A stretch of DNA of 64,000 bases from an uncultured Gemmatimonadales bacterium (GCA_963798915.1 CAWCVB010000002.1:128001-192000); one strand, 5' to 3'. Shown: positions 42,035 through 53,770, counted from the first letter of the stretch. The notes: generated by a model not told the origin, from the sequence alone. Made by a program: numbers and translations.

Positions 42035-42131
42035 CAAATATATAAGTGGAGGCCGATCGTGTCCATGCCCGGGGTAGCCGGGGCTTGGTCTGGTGTTCGG
42101 AGGGCGGAGCGTCGGAAGGATCTTCCTGGCG

Positions 42132-43499
42132 TCAGTCGATAGGCAGCCCGCTGGGCACCTGGCCCGGTACCACGTTCCGCAAGTGTCGGGCGGCCGGGTC
42201 GGTCAGCGCCTTCAGGAACTCGGTAACCTGATCAATGGTCTCCGCCGGGAACACCACGCCATCCAGCAGCGTGTCCCGGGTGGCAAGGATCTCGTCGGCG
42301 TTGCTGACCAGGGTGCCCTGGAGCGCGGGCTCGAGATTGCCGGGATTGAAGACATGCAGCTTCAGGTCGGATTCGCTGTAGTGGTCCACGAAGTCCCGGA
42401 GCGTGAGGTAGGCGCCGTCGTGTCCGTAGGGAGCGGTGAGTTCCACATTCCGGAGCGGCGTGGTACGAAAGGCGTACTTGTCGGCCGGGTCGTTCGTCAC
42501 CCGCATGCGGCCGAAGTCATCGTGGCCATCCGCACCATCACCCTCGCCGGGCCCGATCTGCGCCACGGCAACGTCATGAAACTTGTTGTCGGTGAACGCC
42601 GGTCCGTTGTGGCAGATGGAGCACCGCGCCGCCATGAAGTTCCGGGCACCCTGAAGCTGTACCAGGCTCAGCGCGCCGTTGTCGCCGGCGAGAAAGCGAT
42701 CCCAAGGAGAATTGCGGAAGGCCAGCTTGGCGACGAGGAACCCGGCGATGGCGTTGCTTGCGTATGCAAAATCCATGTTCTCGAAACGGGTTCCCGGATA
42801 GGCAGCTTCGAACATGCGGCGATAGGCGGGAATCGCGCCGAGGCGGGCCATGAGCCCCTGCCAGATAGCGGCCGGCTGGTCGTCGGGGATGGCGGCGAGT
42901 TCGTTGCCTGCCTGGCCCCTCATCTCTTCGCGGGAGAGCACCGGGAACATCGGCTGGGCCGAGAGGGCGCCGAATTCGAACACCTGCGTCATCGCCGGCG
43001 TCAGGGCGGCGCCGGCCGGCGTATGGACCAGACCGGCGTCGTCGCGCTGCACCCGTCCATCCCAGAACATCGGTCCGACTGCATGGAGGTTGAATGCTGC
43101 GGGAGCATTCCGCGGGATGAAGGTGCCGGTCCGACCGGGTCCCAGGCCGACTCCGTCCGCACCGATGGAAAGACTGAGCCCGTCGCCGGTGGCGAACTGC
43201 GGCAGATGGCAGCTCATGCAGGAGATATTGCGATTGCCACCCAGAATCTTGTCGAACGCGAGCGCCTGGCCGAGTTTCACGAGGGGCTGACGGACCTGCG
43301 GTGGCGCCTCGAGTGCCGTGATCCCTCGGGCAGCGGTGAGCTGGCGGACTTCCATGATCAGCGCGTTGTCGGGGCTGCCGGTCACCCCCTGCTTGAGCGC
43401 CAGGTCCGAGCTGGGGTCGGTGGCGTCTGCGCCGCAACCGGCCAGGCCCGCCAGCGTCACTGCTGCCGTCAACAGACCCCGAAGAGGGTTCCGTGTCAT
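42132..43499 (-). CDS. Di-heme cytochrome c peroxidase/MauG family lipoprotein
   Basis: Lipobox LAGC; CMSCH and CSICH; RNAP, FWDGR, FRTTPLRNVELTAPYGHDG. Confidence 0.9.
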   Translation of the reverse strand: MTRNPLRGLLTAAVTLAGLAGCGADATDPSSDLALKQGVTGSPDNALIMEVRQLTAARGITALEAPPQVRQPLVKLGQALAFDKILGGNRNISCMSCHLPQFATGDGLSLSIGADGVGLGPGRTGTFIPRNAPAAFNLHAVGPMFWDGRVQRDDAGLVHTPAGAALTPAMTQVFEFGALSAQPMFPVLSREEMRGQAGNELAAIPDDQPAAIWQGLMARLGAIPAYRRMFEAAYPGTRFENMDFAYASNAIAGFLVAKLAFRNSPWDRFLAGDNGALSLVQLQGARNFMAARCSICHNGPAFTDNKFHDVAVAQIGPGEGDGADGHDDFGRMRVTNDPADKYAFRTTPLRNVELTAPYGHDGAYLTLRDFVDHYSESDLKLHVFNPGNLEPALQGTLVSNADEILATRDTLLDGVVFPAETIDQVTEFLKALTDPAARHLRNVVPGQVPSGLPID

Positions 43500-43769
43500 A
43501 CCGCAATCTCCTGACAGGGAAGAACTGATCCGAAGGCGGATGGCCCGACCTCGACCTTCGCCTTATGTAAGAAAAAGGCCGAAACAGCCGGGCGTCGGGC
43601 TCATGCCAGTTCAGTGACGGGAATCCCAGCCACTTCCCCGGGCGGCCAACGACCTCTGCCTCATATTCATAGAATCGCAATCGGACCGGGAAAGACGACG
43701 TCTCACCCAGCAACACTGCTTCGGCCATCTGCAGTTTTCGCCCGTTGAGCAACGACCGGAAGAGCTGAA

Positions 43770-43792
43770 GGGACGGCGTCTTCCGCCGTCCC
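43770..43792 (-). terminator. Hairpin downstream of the 43831-44481 gene
   Basis: GGGACGGCG-TCTTC-CGCCGTCCC; weak U tract. Confidence 0.5.
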
Positions 43793-43830
43793 CTCGTGGC
43801 CCTCACGCAGCGATAGTGCTCTTCCGAACC

Positions 43831-44481
43831 CTAGAACGCGGAACCGGTACACAGCGGAACAGAGGGGTTCCAGTTCGCGAACATGCCTGCCGGATTGTTC
43901 TCCCAGAGCCAGATGTGGAACATCCAGCCACCGAAGCGGGACGGAGCGAATGCGATCGCGGGATTGATCGCCAGGCCCAGGTCCGCGGACGTGGGTGCCG
44001 CACCGGCCTCGGGCCATGCCTCGCTATAGGGAATGAAATAGTCGAATGCAGCAAGCCGGAATCGGGGTTCGCCCTCTGGAGTGGTCTGTGCGCCGTTGGT
44101 CGGGGCATAGACGAGGAGCTCGGGTTCGAGATAATTGACATCGTCATCAATACCGAACCGTCCGGCATAATGGTAGCCCATTCCGCCCTGAGTCATGTCG
44201 GAGACACATCCATCCGGCGCCGTGAGCTCGTTGCTGACCAGGACCGGATAATCTTCCTGCGCCACTTTGAAGTTGTGGTACTTCGCAGAGAACTGCGTCA
44301 GCTCACTGAGTTGCTGCGCCAGCTCGGGATTGGCGCCCGCCAGCGCGGAGCTCAGCTCCACGCCGGATGGAAGTGCGGCCTGGTTCTCGGTCGGCAGCGC
44401 GGAGTTACCATCGCACGCGGCCAGCAGAACCAGCGCAGCGGATGTCAGCGCTGCGCTGGCCAGCCTCTTCGTGATGTACAT
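43831..44481 (-). CDS. Conserved hypothetical lipoprotein
   Basis: Lipobox LAAC; GGMGYHY, PELLVY, HIWLWENNPAGMFANWNP; RBS AAGGAG. Confidence 0.8.
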   Translation of the reverse strand: MYITKRLASAALTSAALVLLAACDGNSALPTENQAALPSGVELSSALAGANPELAQQLSELTQFSAKYHNFKVAQEDYPVLVSNELTAPDGCVSDMTQGGMGYHYAGRFGIDDDVNYLEPELLVYAPTNGAQTTPEGEPRFRLAAFDYFIPYSEAWPEAGAAPTSADLGLAINPAIAFAPSRFGGWMFHIWLWENNPAGMFANWNPSVPLCTGSAF

Positions 44482-44606
44482 TGTGCTTCTCCTTCGGGTT
44501 CAGGGGACGAACTGCGGATAGCCCCGGCTGCGCGCTGTCTCAGGCGCATCCGGGTTGAGGTTTGACGTTCATTGCCGCCAGTCGTACGTTCACAATGCAA
44601 TCGGTT

Positions 44607-44650
44607 CGTCCGCTGACCGTCCGCTGGCTGTCCGTTGGGCGTCAATTGTG
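44607..44650. promoter_or_regulatory. 11-bp-phased direct repeats (SARP-type binding array)
   Basis: CGTCCGCTGAC CGTCCGCTGGC TGTCCGTTGGG CGTCAATTGTG. Confidence 0.6.
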
Positions 44651-44688
44651 CCGGGTACGGCCGATCTGCACTCCCGATGAGGTCAGTG

Positions 44689-47235
44689 ATGTTCCGTCTT
44701 CGCACGCTGGGACGGCTGGAGTTGGAGGGTGGTCCTTATCCAGCCGCCCAGACCGCGCTTCAGGGACCCAAACGCGCCGGATTGCTGGTTTACCTCGCCC
44801 GCGCGCAACCATCGGGTCTGAAGCGGCGCGACACGCTGCTCGCCCTGTTCTGGCCCGAGCTGGATCAGTCCCGAGCCCGGCATGCCCTGCGCAACACTTT
44901 GCATTCACTCCGGACGACCCTCAGCACCGATCTGATCACCTCCGCCGGCAACGAGGAGGTCGGCATCCCCGACGGGGTGCTTACGTGTGATGCGGACGCG
45001 TTCGAACAGGCGCTGGCTGCGGATCAGGTCGAGCAGGCGGTCGCATTGTACCAGGGCGACTTCCTGGCCGGCTTCTTTCTCCCGGACGCGGGGGAGTTCG
45101 AAGAATGGGTGGAGGCCGAGCGGCAGCGCCTGCGCCGGGCCTTTCACGCTGCGCTGGAGCGGCTGGCGGAGCAGGCGGGCCGAGAGGACGATTGGACCGG
45201 CGCCGTGGAGTGGTGGCGCCGGGTGGTGGAACGGGAGCCGTACAGCGGCCGGCTGACCCTGCGGCTGATGGAAGCGCTGGAGGCGGCGGGCGACCGGGCA
45301 GGCGCGCTGCAGCAGGCCCGCCAGCATGCGCAACGGCTGCAGCAGGAGTTTGGAGCTGAGCCTGACGCCGAGGTGCTCGCGCTGGCCGAGCGGTTGCGGA
45401 CCGAGCCATCCGCCGCCGGAGTGCGCATCAGCGGGCCAAACGCAGCGACACACGGTACAAGGGGAAGCGATGAGCTCCCCGCCACCGCGGCGGCCGCCGC
45501 CCAGCCCAGCCGCCGGACGAGCCGTCCGGGGCTGGCGCGGATTGCCGCGCTCGGGCTGCTGGGGCTGGTGAGCATCGTGGCGATATCGTGGCCGCGCCAG
45601 TCGCACGCGCCAGTGCTTGACCCGCAGCGAGTGGTGATCGCCCCCTTTGAAAACCGCACCGGAGATCCGGCGCTCGATCCGGCCGGCGCCATGGCGGCCG
45701 ACTGGATCATTCAAGGCCTCTCGCAGACGGAGTTGGTGGATGTGACCACCGCGAGCGCCACCCTCGCCTCCTCGCAACATGTGCACGCCATCACGACCGC
45801 CCACCCGAAGGTTGATCCGATTCGCGCCCTGGCAGAGGAAACCGGGTCCGGGCTGGTGGTGACCGGGGCGTACTATCAACAGGGCGACTCGCTCCTGTTT
45901 CAGGCCCACATCACCGATGCGCGCCGCCGAACGCTGGTGCGCACCCTGAAGCCGATCATCGGGACGGTGGCGGCTCCGCTGGATGCCATCGAAGTGCTGC
46001 GCCAGCGCATGCTGGCGGCGCTCGCCCCGCTCCTGGACACCCGGCTCGCCGCGCACGCCAGGATGGCCAGCCAGCCGCCCAGTTACCAGGCCTACCGGGC
46101 CTACGCCGAAGGGATGGAACCCTTCATTGCCGGGGACTGGCAGGGGGCGATCGCGCGCTTTCAGCGCGCCACGGCGCTGGACTCCACCTACCTGCTTCCT
46201 GCCCTGTTGACGGCTATCTCCTACTCCAACCTCGGCGAGTCAGCCCGGGCGGACTCGATTGGCCAGGTCCTCAACCATTCCCGCGATCGTCTGGGGCGCT
46301 ACGATCGCGCCCTGCTGGACCTGATGATGGCGTGGCTGGACGGCGATCCTGTGGCCACCTATGTGGCGGCGAAGCGTGCGGCTGCCATAGCTCCCGGATC
46401 TCTGCCCAACGTGCAGTGGGGAGCCGAGGCCGTCTACCTGAACCATCCCAGGGAAGGAATTGAGATCCTTCAGGGAATCGATCCCACCCGGGGCGAAGTG
46501 CGCGGATGGAAGCTGTACTGGGCCGTGCTGACGGAGGCCTATCATATGCTGGGCAACCACGAGCGGGAGCTGAAGGAGGCGCGGCGAGCCCGGGATCTGT
46601 TTCCCGATCAGCCGTTCTATTTCTTGCCGGAAGCCCTGGCGCTGGCGGCACTTGGACGCATCGACGAAGTGGAAAAGGTCGTCAACCAGCGGCTGGCTTT
46701 CGGGGACCCGGTACCGGGAAGTCTTGATTTCCTGACATTTGTTGGCGACGAGCTGCGCGCCCACGGCCACGACGCCGCTGCCCGGCGGCTGCTGCGCCGC
46801 GCGGTTGACTGGTACCGATCCCGTTCGCCCGAGGAGCAGGCGCTTCACCGCCGTGATCTTGCCGAGCTGTACCTGAATGCAGGCCGTGATCGTGAGGCGC
46901 GACCATTGTTCGAAGAGTTGGCGGCGGAGGCGCCGGACGACATCGAATATCAGGGCGCTCTGGGTGCCCTCGCTGCCCGGCGCGGAGACCGCACGGAAGC
47001 CCTCCGAATCGGTTCGTGGCTGGGGGCCCAGAACCAACCCTATGTCCGCGGGTTGCAGCACTACATGCAGGCCTGCATCACGGCCCAATTGGGCCAGGCA
47101 TCCGAGACCGTGACGCTGCTTCGAAAGGCGCTGGGCGAAGGGAGAGAATTCATCATCTCCATGCACTCAGACCCCTGCTTCGACCCCGTTCGAGGAGACA
47201 CCACGTTTCGGGAGCTGCTGCGGCCCAAGGGGTAG
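44689..47235 (+). CDS. SARP-type (wHTH + BTAD) regulator with TM helix and TolB_N-like/TPR C-terminal region
   Basis: LRTLG.LEL, RDTLLALFWPE....ARHALR, YQGDFL.GF, FEEWV..ER, LM.AL...GDRAGAL; TM helix; VVIAPFENRTGD; DPCFDPVRGD tail. Confidence 0.88.
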   Translation: MFRLRTLGRLELEGGPYPAAQTALQGPKRAGLLVYLARAQPSGLKRRDTLLALFWPELDQSRARHALRNTLHSLRTTLSTDLITSAGNEEVGIPDGVLTCDADAFEQALAADQVEQAVALYQGDFLAGFFLPDAGEFEEWVEAERQRLRRAFHAALERLAEQAGREDDWTGAVEWWRRVVEREPYSGRLTLRLMEALEAAGDRAGALQQARQHAQRLQQEFGAEPDAEVLALAERLRTEPSAAGVRISGPNAATHGTRGSDELPATAAAAAQPSRRTSRPGLARIAALGLLGLVSIVAISWPRQSHAPVLDPQRVVIAPFENRTGDPALDPAGAMAADWIIQGLSQTELVDVTTASATLASSQHVHAITTAHPKVDPIRALAEETGSGLVVTGAYYQQGDSLLFQAHITDARRRTLVRTLKPIIGTVAAPLDAIEVLRQRMLAALAPLLDTRLAAHARMASQPPSYQAYRAYAEGMEPFIAGDWQGAIARFQRATALDSTYLLPALLTAISYSNLGESARADSIGQVLNHSRDRLGRYDRALLDLMMAWLDGDPVATYVAAKRAAAIAPGSLPNVQWGAEAVYLNHPREGIEILQGIDPTRGEVRGWKLYWAVLTEAYHMLGNHERELKEARRARDLFPDQPFYFLPEALALAALGRIDEVEKVVNQRLAFGDPVPGSLDFLTFVGDELRAHGHDAAARRLLRRAVDWYRSRSPEEQALHRRDLAELYLNAGRDREARPLFEELAAEAPDDIEYQGALGALAARRGDRTEALRIGSWLGAQNQPYVRGLQHYMQACITAQLGQASETVTLLRKALGEGREFIISMHSDPCFDPVRGDTTFRELLRPKG

Positions 47236-47275
47236 CCCGGCATCTCAGCGGCCATGCTGTGAGGAAAAGCCGGCA

Positions 47276-47599
47276 GTAAGGGCGGCCTGCGGTCGCCCCA
47301 TCGCGTCCCGATGTCTGCGGTCGCCCGAGGATGCCGGGGAAGATCGGCCGCCCCCTCGCATCCCGATGTCTGCGGTCGCCCGAGGATGCCGGGGAAGATC
47401 GGCCGCCCCCTCGCATCCCGATGTCTGCGGTCGCCCGAGGATGCCGGGGAAGATCGGCCGCCCCCTCGCGTCCCGATGTCTGCGGTCGCCCGAGGATGCC
47501 GGGGAAGATCGGCCGCCCCCTCGCGTCCCGATGTCTGCGGTCGCCCGAGGATGCCGGGGAAGATCGGCAGGTCAGGGGGCGGCCGCAGGCCGCCCGTAC
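47276..47599. repeat. REPIN-like element: inverted REPs enclosing a 55-bp tandem array (about 4.9 units)
   Basis: GTAAGGGCGGCCTGCGGTCGCCC ... GGGCGGCCGCAGGCCGCCCGTAC; units start at 47301, 47356, 47411, 47466, 47521. Confidence 0.93.
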
Positions 47600-47621
47600 A
47601 GAGGGGGTGTGCAGAGATCGG

Positions 47622-48137
47622 CTAGCCAGGCTGGGTTGGTGATCCGGGCCAGCGCTGCGCATGCCAGGCGACGCTTGGATTGGCCTGGATGTATCGGCGA
47701 ACTCGATCAAAATGCCGTTGACTGCGTATGATCGCGTCATGAAAGCTGCGATGCCAGATGTCGAAAGCCGGAGGCGAAGGCAGGCGGCGGACGCGGCTCG
47801 TGACCGCAGCCTTGAATCCATTGATCATGGCCAAGAGCGAAGTGGCGCAGTACTGGCAGTCATCGTCGCGCAGGCAGGCCAGTCCATGAAAGTGATTGGG
47901 CATGACGATGAAGGCATCCAGCGCCACATCGCGACGAAGTTCGGCGGTTCGCTGCCATTCCGCGGCAACGATGGAGCCCACATTTGATAACCTCACGCCA
48001 TCCTGCACTAGCTGGCCGAACAATGGCTGACGGTCCTTCGCATTGATCGTGACGAAGTACCAGCGCCTGGTGGAGTAGTCGAAACCTTCGAGGCGAGGGC
48101 TGGTGCGGCCTCGACGAACGAGTGTGCGAATCGGCAT
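47622..48137 (-). mobile_element. REP-associated tyrosine transposase (RAYT/TnpA-REP, Y1 HUH)
   Basis: RL..FDYS...YFVTI...R, FIVMPNHFHG (HUH), FK, WHRSFHDAIIR, YI..NP. Confidence 0.9.
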
Positions 48138-48248
48138 CCCTCATATTGGGATACTGCGCTAGCCGAGAGCGCATCGAGAAATCGCCTGGCCCATCATTCG
48201 AACCCCTGCCAGCCCGGCCAGCCCAATTCCCCCGCCCATCGCACATCC

Positions 48249-48362
48249 GGGCGGCCGCATGCGCACACCAGCGGAGATTGGTGTGTGATGGGGCGGCCGC
48301 AGGCCGCATGCGCACACCAGCGGAGATTGGTGTGTGATGGGGCGGCCGCAGGCCGCCCTTAC
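48249..48362. repeat. REP plus 49-bp tandem duplication upstream of the RAYT gene
   Basis: GGCCGCATGCGCACACCAGCGGAGATTGGTGTGTGATGGGGCGGCCGCA x2, ending GGGCGGCCGCAGGCCGCCCTTAC. Confidence 0.88.
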
Positions 48363-48378
48363 AGGGGGCTGGTGAGAT

Positions 48379-50340
48379 TCATTTCTTCCAGAGATTGTTG
48401 GCCTCATCCACATCCGCAAACGCGTGCACGGCGTCGATCTCCACTCTGGTGACGGTGCCGCCCCTGGCCGTGAGCGTGGCACTGGTGGCGCCGCGGAGCC
48501 AGGTCTCCACCGGCACGGTGAGGATCTCCGACTTGCCGCCGGCATAGGTGACGGTGACGTTTGACGGCATGGGCACCAGCCCCTTGTCCTCGATCACGAT
48601 GGTGGTAGCGTCGGCGCCGGGTGTCACGCTGCCCACCGCCTGGTCCAGCTGCCAGGTCTCGAAGAACCAGCTGCGCCAGAACCACCAGAGATTCTGTCCC
48701 GACACATCATTGAACGTGTTCCAGAGATCGTACGGTGTGGGGTGCTTGTACTGCCACCGCCGGCCGTACTCCCGGTACGCCTTCATGAAGGTGTCCTGGC
48801 CCAGCAGTGCGCGAGCCATGTCCAGGACTGTCGCGGTCTTGAGGTAGGTGGCGATGCTGTACACCTGGCGATCGGGATAGAGGTCGCCCCAGCGCATGAT
48901 CTCCACTTCCTGGCCCGAGTGTGCGACGTTCAGGTAACCTTGACGAGCTTCCTTGATCGTCGAGGAGTCGGTCGTATTGAAGAAGGCCGCCTCGGCATTG
49001 CCCTCGTCGAACTGGGTGAGCCCTTCATCCTGCCAGCTGTAGCGTTTTTCGTTGGATCCCACCTGCATCGGGAACCACATGTGGCCGGTCTCGTGCACCG
49101 TGACACCAAAGAGGCCGGTGGTGTCCCGCGATCCGCCGAGGCAGGTCATCATCGGATATTCCATGCCGCCACAGCTGGATGGGCCATGCACCGCCGTCAT
49201 GTGCGGATAGGGATAGGGCCAGAGAAACTTCGAGAGAAGTTCGATCGAGGCCTTGACGTAGCGGGCCTCGTTGCCCCACACCGCAGCGTCATCGCCGTCC
49301 AGCCAGAACGCATTGATGGCGGCGGTGCCGGCGCCGGTGGAGGCATGGGTGGCGTCCCAGTTGAACCTGGCAGACGTTCCCCAGGAAACATCCCGGACGT
49401 TCTTCGCCACAAAATGCCAGGTCAGCTTGCCATTGTTGCCCGGCGCCGTGGCCCGTCCTGCCGCGAGATCCGTTGCCGAAACCACATGGACCGTGGTATC
49501 GGCCGTGGCGGCAAGCGCCAGCCGTTGGCGCGGCTCCGGCTGCAGCACTGCGTCAGCGTTCTCAAGGACGCCGGTGGAGGCTACGAGATACTTCTCCGGC
49601 ACGGTGATGCTCACGTCGTAGTCGCCGTAACCCATGTAGAACTCGGCGTTGGTGCGATACAGATCGGCGGTCCAGCCGTTCACGTCGTCATAGACTGCGA
49701 CCTGCGGATACCAATAGGACACGTACGACACATCATCATTACGCCCGCCACGCGGCGCACCGTCGGGCGGTACGGTGAGCGTCCAGGCGGTGCCGATGGT
49801 GACGCTGTCTCCAGGAAGCAGCGGGGATGCCATCGGGATGCCCAGCAGGGTACCCGAGCTGCGGTAACCGTTGCGGTTGCTGGTCCGGTCAAACGGAGGA
49901 AGCACGGTGCCGTTGACCGAGACGCTGGTCATGGTGACGCCATCGGTGATCGGCACGGTGCGGTTGCGCTGGGCATCGGGTGCAAAAGCGTTGTCCCGGA
50001 TGTGCATCACGACAATTGACAGGGTATCGGGCGAGTGGTTCACGTAGACCACGCTGCCGGTGCCATCCAGCTTGCCGGTGGCGGGATCGTAATCCGCTGC
50101 CAGGCGATAGCGGGCCCACTGCTGCCAGTAGTTCGGGCCGGGCGCGCCAGTGTGGCTGCGCGTGCCGGCCGCCACAGCGTCGCTGAACCCCTTGGTCTCG
50201 AAGACCGGGTATGGCCGGGGACGGGCCGAGGCGAGCGCCGTGGCGAGGCCGGTTGCAGGACCTGGCTGGGTGGATGGTGTGCCGCCGGCGCATGCGGCCA
50301 GCAGGATGGTTCCGGTCAGGGACCAGCCGGATCGAATCAT
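48379..50340 (-). CDS. M1 family metallo-aminopeptidase (lipoprotein)
   Basis: GGMEYPM, HETGHMWF, W.DEGL; lipobox LAAC. Confidence 0.92.
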   Translation of the reverse strand: MIRSGWSLTGTILLAACAGGTPSTQPGPATGLATALASARPRPYPVFETKGFSDAVAAGTRSHTGAPGPNYWQQWARYRLAADYDPATGKLDGTGSVVYVNHSPDTLSIVVMHIRDNAFAPDAQRNRTVPITDGVTMTSVSVNGTVLPPFDRTSNRNGYRSSGTLLGIPMASPLLPGDSVTIGTAWTLTVPPDGAPRGGRNDDVSYVSYWYPQVAVYDDVNGWTADLYRTNAEFYMGYGDYDVSITVPEKYLVASTGVLENADAVLQPEPRQRLALAATADTTVHVVSATDLAAGRATAPGNNGKLTWHFVAKNVRDVSWGTSARFNWDATHASTGAGTAAINAFWLDGDDAAVWGNEARYVKASIELLSKFLWPYPYPHMTAVHGPSSCGGMEYPMMTCLGGSRDTTGLFGVTVHETGHMWFPMQVGSNEKRYSWQDEGLTQFDEGNAEAAFFNTTDSSTIKEARQGYLNVAHSGQEVEIMRWGDLYPDRQVYSIATYLKTATVLDMARALLGQDTFMKAYREYGRRWQYKHPTPYDLWNTFNDVSGQNLWWFWRSWFFETWQLDQAVGSVTPGADATTIVIEDKGLVPMPSNVTVTYAGGKSEILTVPVETWLRGATSATLTARGGTVTRVEIDAVHAFADVDEANNLWKK

Positions 50341-50396
50341 GGAAACTCCATCTGGGAACGGGACATGGTACGGACGCGGCTCGCGGCGGCGATGTT

Positions 50397-51296
50397 TCAG
50401 GAGAGCAGGGAGCGCAGCAGCTTCATCATCTTCAGGTCAAGTGGATCGGGCGAGTCGTCGTTGACGGCGGGCTCCGTGTCCGCCTGCGGCGTTTCGAGAA
50501 TGAGCGGAATATTGGCGCTGCGCTTGTCGTTGAGCAGCCAGCGAAAGGGCTCCACCCCGATCCCGCCCTCGCCGATGAGCACGTGACGATCACGGTTGGA
50601 GTCGAAGGGATATTCACTGTCGTTCAAGTGGAAGAAGCCAGGCGTCTCGCCGGTAGCTTCCTCAAAGGCGTCGAGCACCAGCGTCAGGGTTTCCCGGGAG
50701 GTATGGATGTCGTGGCCGGCGGCAAAGAGGTGACAGGTATCGAGCCCGTAGCCGGTGCGCCGGCGCAGCGCCGTGGGCACCCGCTCGAGAATCCCGCCGA
50801 TTTCCTCCGGGGTCTTCCCGATGGTGAGGCCCGCCCCGGCGGTATTCTCGATGAGGACCCTGGTGTTTCCCTGCACCGCTTCGAGCGCCTGGGTGATGGC
50901 CCTGGCGACTCGGCCGAGCGCCTCCTCCTTGTTGCCGTCCCGTGCGGCGCCAGGATGGAAGCAGCAGGCGCCGATGCCCAGCGCCGTCGAGCGCTCGAGT
51001 TCCTTGGCGAGGCCGGCAGCGGCACGCACCCATTTTTCTTCTTCATGGGTGGCCGTATTGAGCACGTATGCAGCATGCGCCACGACATGCTGCGGCGCAA
51101 TCTTCACCTCATCGAGCGCTGTCCTGAACCGCTCCACCCGTTCCGGCTTAATCCCGGCCTTGTCGCCGTAGAACTTGGGGATGGTGGTGAAGATCTGGAG
51201 CGCGGTCATGCCGGCGTTGCCGGCCCGCCGGGCGGCCATGTCGATGCCGCCGTTGGCGGGGGTATGGGCGCCGAGGAATCGCGAAACGGCTGGCAT
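50397..51296 (-). CDS. nfo: Endonuclease IV (AP endonuclease)
   Basis: LGAH, QIF, HAAYVLN, FHPG, IENTAG, LDTCH, HLNDS, DRH, ILETP. Confidence 0.95.
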   Translation of the reverse strand: MPAVSRFLGAHTPANGGIDMAARRAGNAGMTALQIFTTIPKFYGDKAGIKPERVERFRTALDEVKIAPQHVVAHAAYVLNTATHEEEKWVRAAAGLAKELERSTALGIGACCFHPGAARDGNKEEALGRVARAITQALEAVQGNTRVLIENTAGAGLTIGKTPEEIGGILERVPTALRRRTGYGLDTCHLFAAGHDIHTSRETLTLVLDAFEEATGETPGFFHLNDSEYPFDSNRDRHVLIGEGGIGVEPFRWLLNDKRSANIPLILETPQADTEPAVNDDSPDPLDLKMMKLLRSLLS

Positions 51297-51302
51297 AGGT
51301 GG

Positions 51303-51358
51303 AGGATGGGCAGGATGGGCGGGATGGGCAAGATGGGCAAGATGGGCAGGATGGGCAG
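51303..51358. repeat. GGATGGGCA nonamer array between divergent nfo and GS III genes
   Basis: About 6 units. Confidence 0.9.
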
Positions 51359-51525
51359 GTGAGAGCTAATCCGCATTCATCCGCCCATCCAGCCCCACCC
51401 GAGCTGGCCTACAAAATGCACCGGTGCTCAGGAGATCGTGCAAATCTTGCACAAAACCGTGTGCAGTTCTACATTTTCCGCTTGATTTCTGGATGGTAAA
51501 CCGCCCAGCCCTGTCAGGAGCGCCC

Positions 51526-53673
<2,148 letters not shown>

Positions 53674-53770
53674 GGTGCGGTGCGCTGTGCGCTATGAGCT
53701 ATGCGCTATTGAGCTATGCGAAGGCACTTTCTTCGCGCTTAGCGCATAACGCACAGCGCAGTGAAAAAAT

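Noticed and set aside
42012..42130. SAM/SAH riboswitch upstream of sahR-ahcY
   Set aside because: The leader is too short and has no recognisable aptamer. A protein operator palindrome explains the region.
43500..43806. N-terminal part of the 410-aa ORF 42574-43806 as a real gene
   Set aside because: It overlaps the peroxidase in another frame, and there are no motifs in the non-overlapping part.
47301..47568. 55-bp array as a CRISPR array
   Set aside because: The units are essentially identical end to end with no unique spacers, and there are no cas genes. It is explained as a REP/RAYT-associated tandem repeat.
47153..47821. Repetitive ORFs across the 55-bp array
   Set aside because: They are translation artefacts of a stop-free GC-rich repeat.
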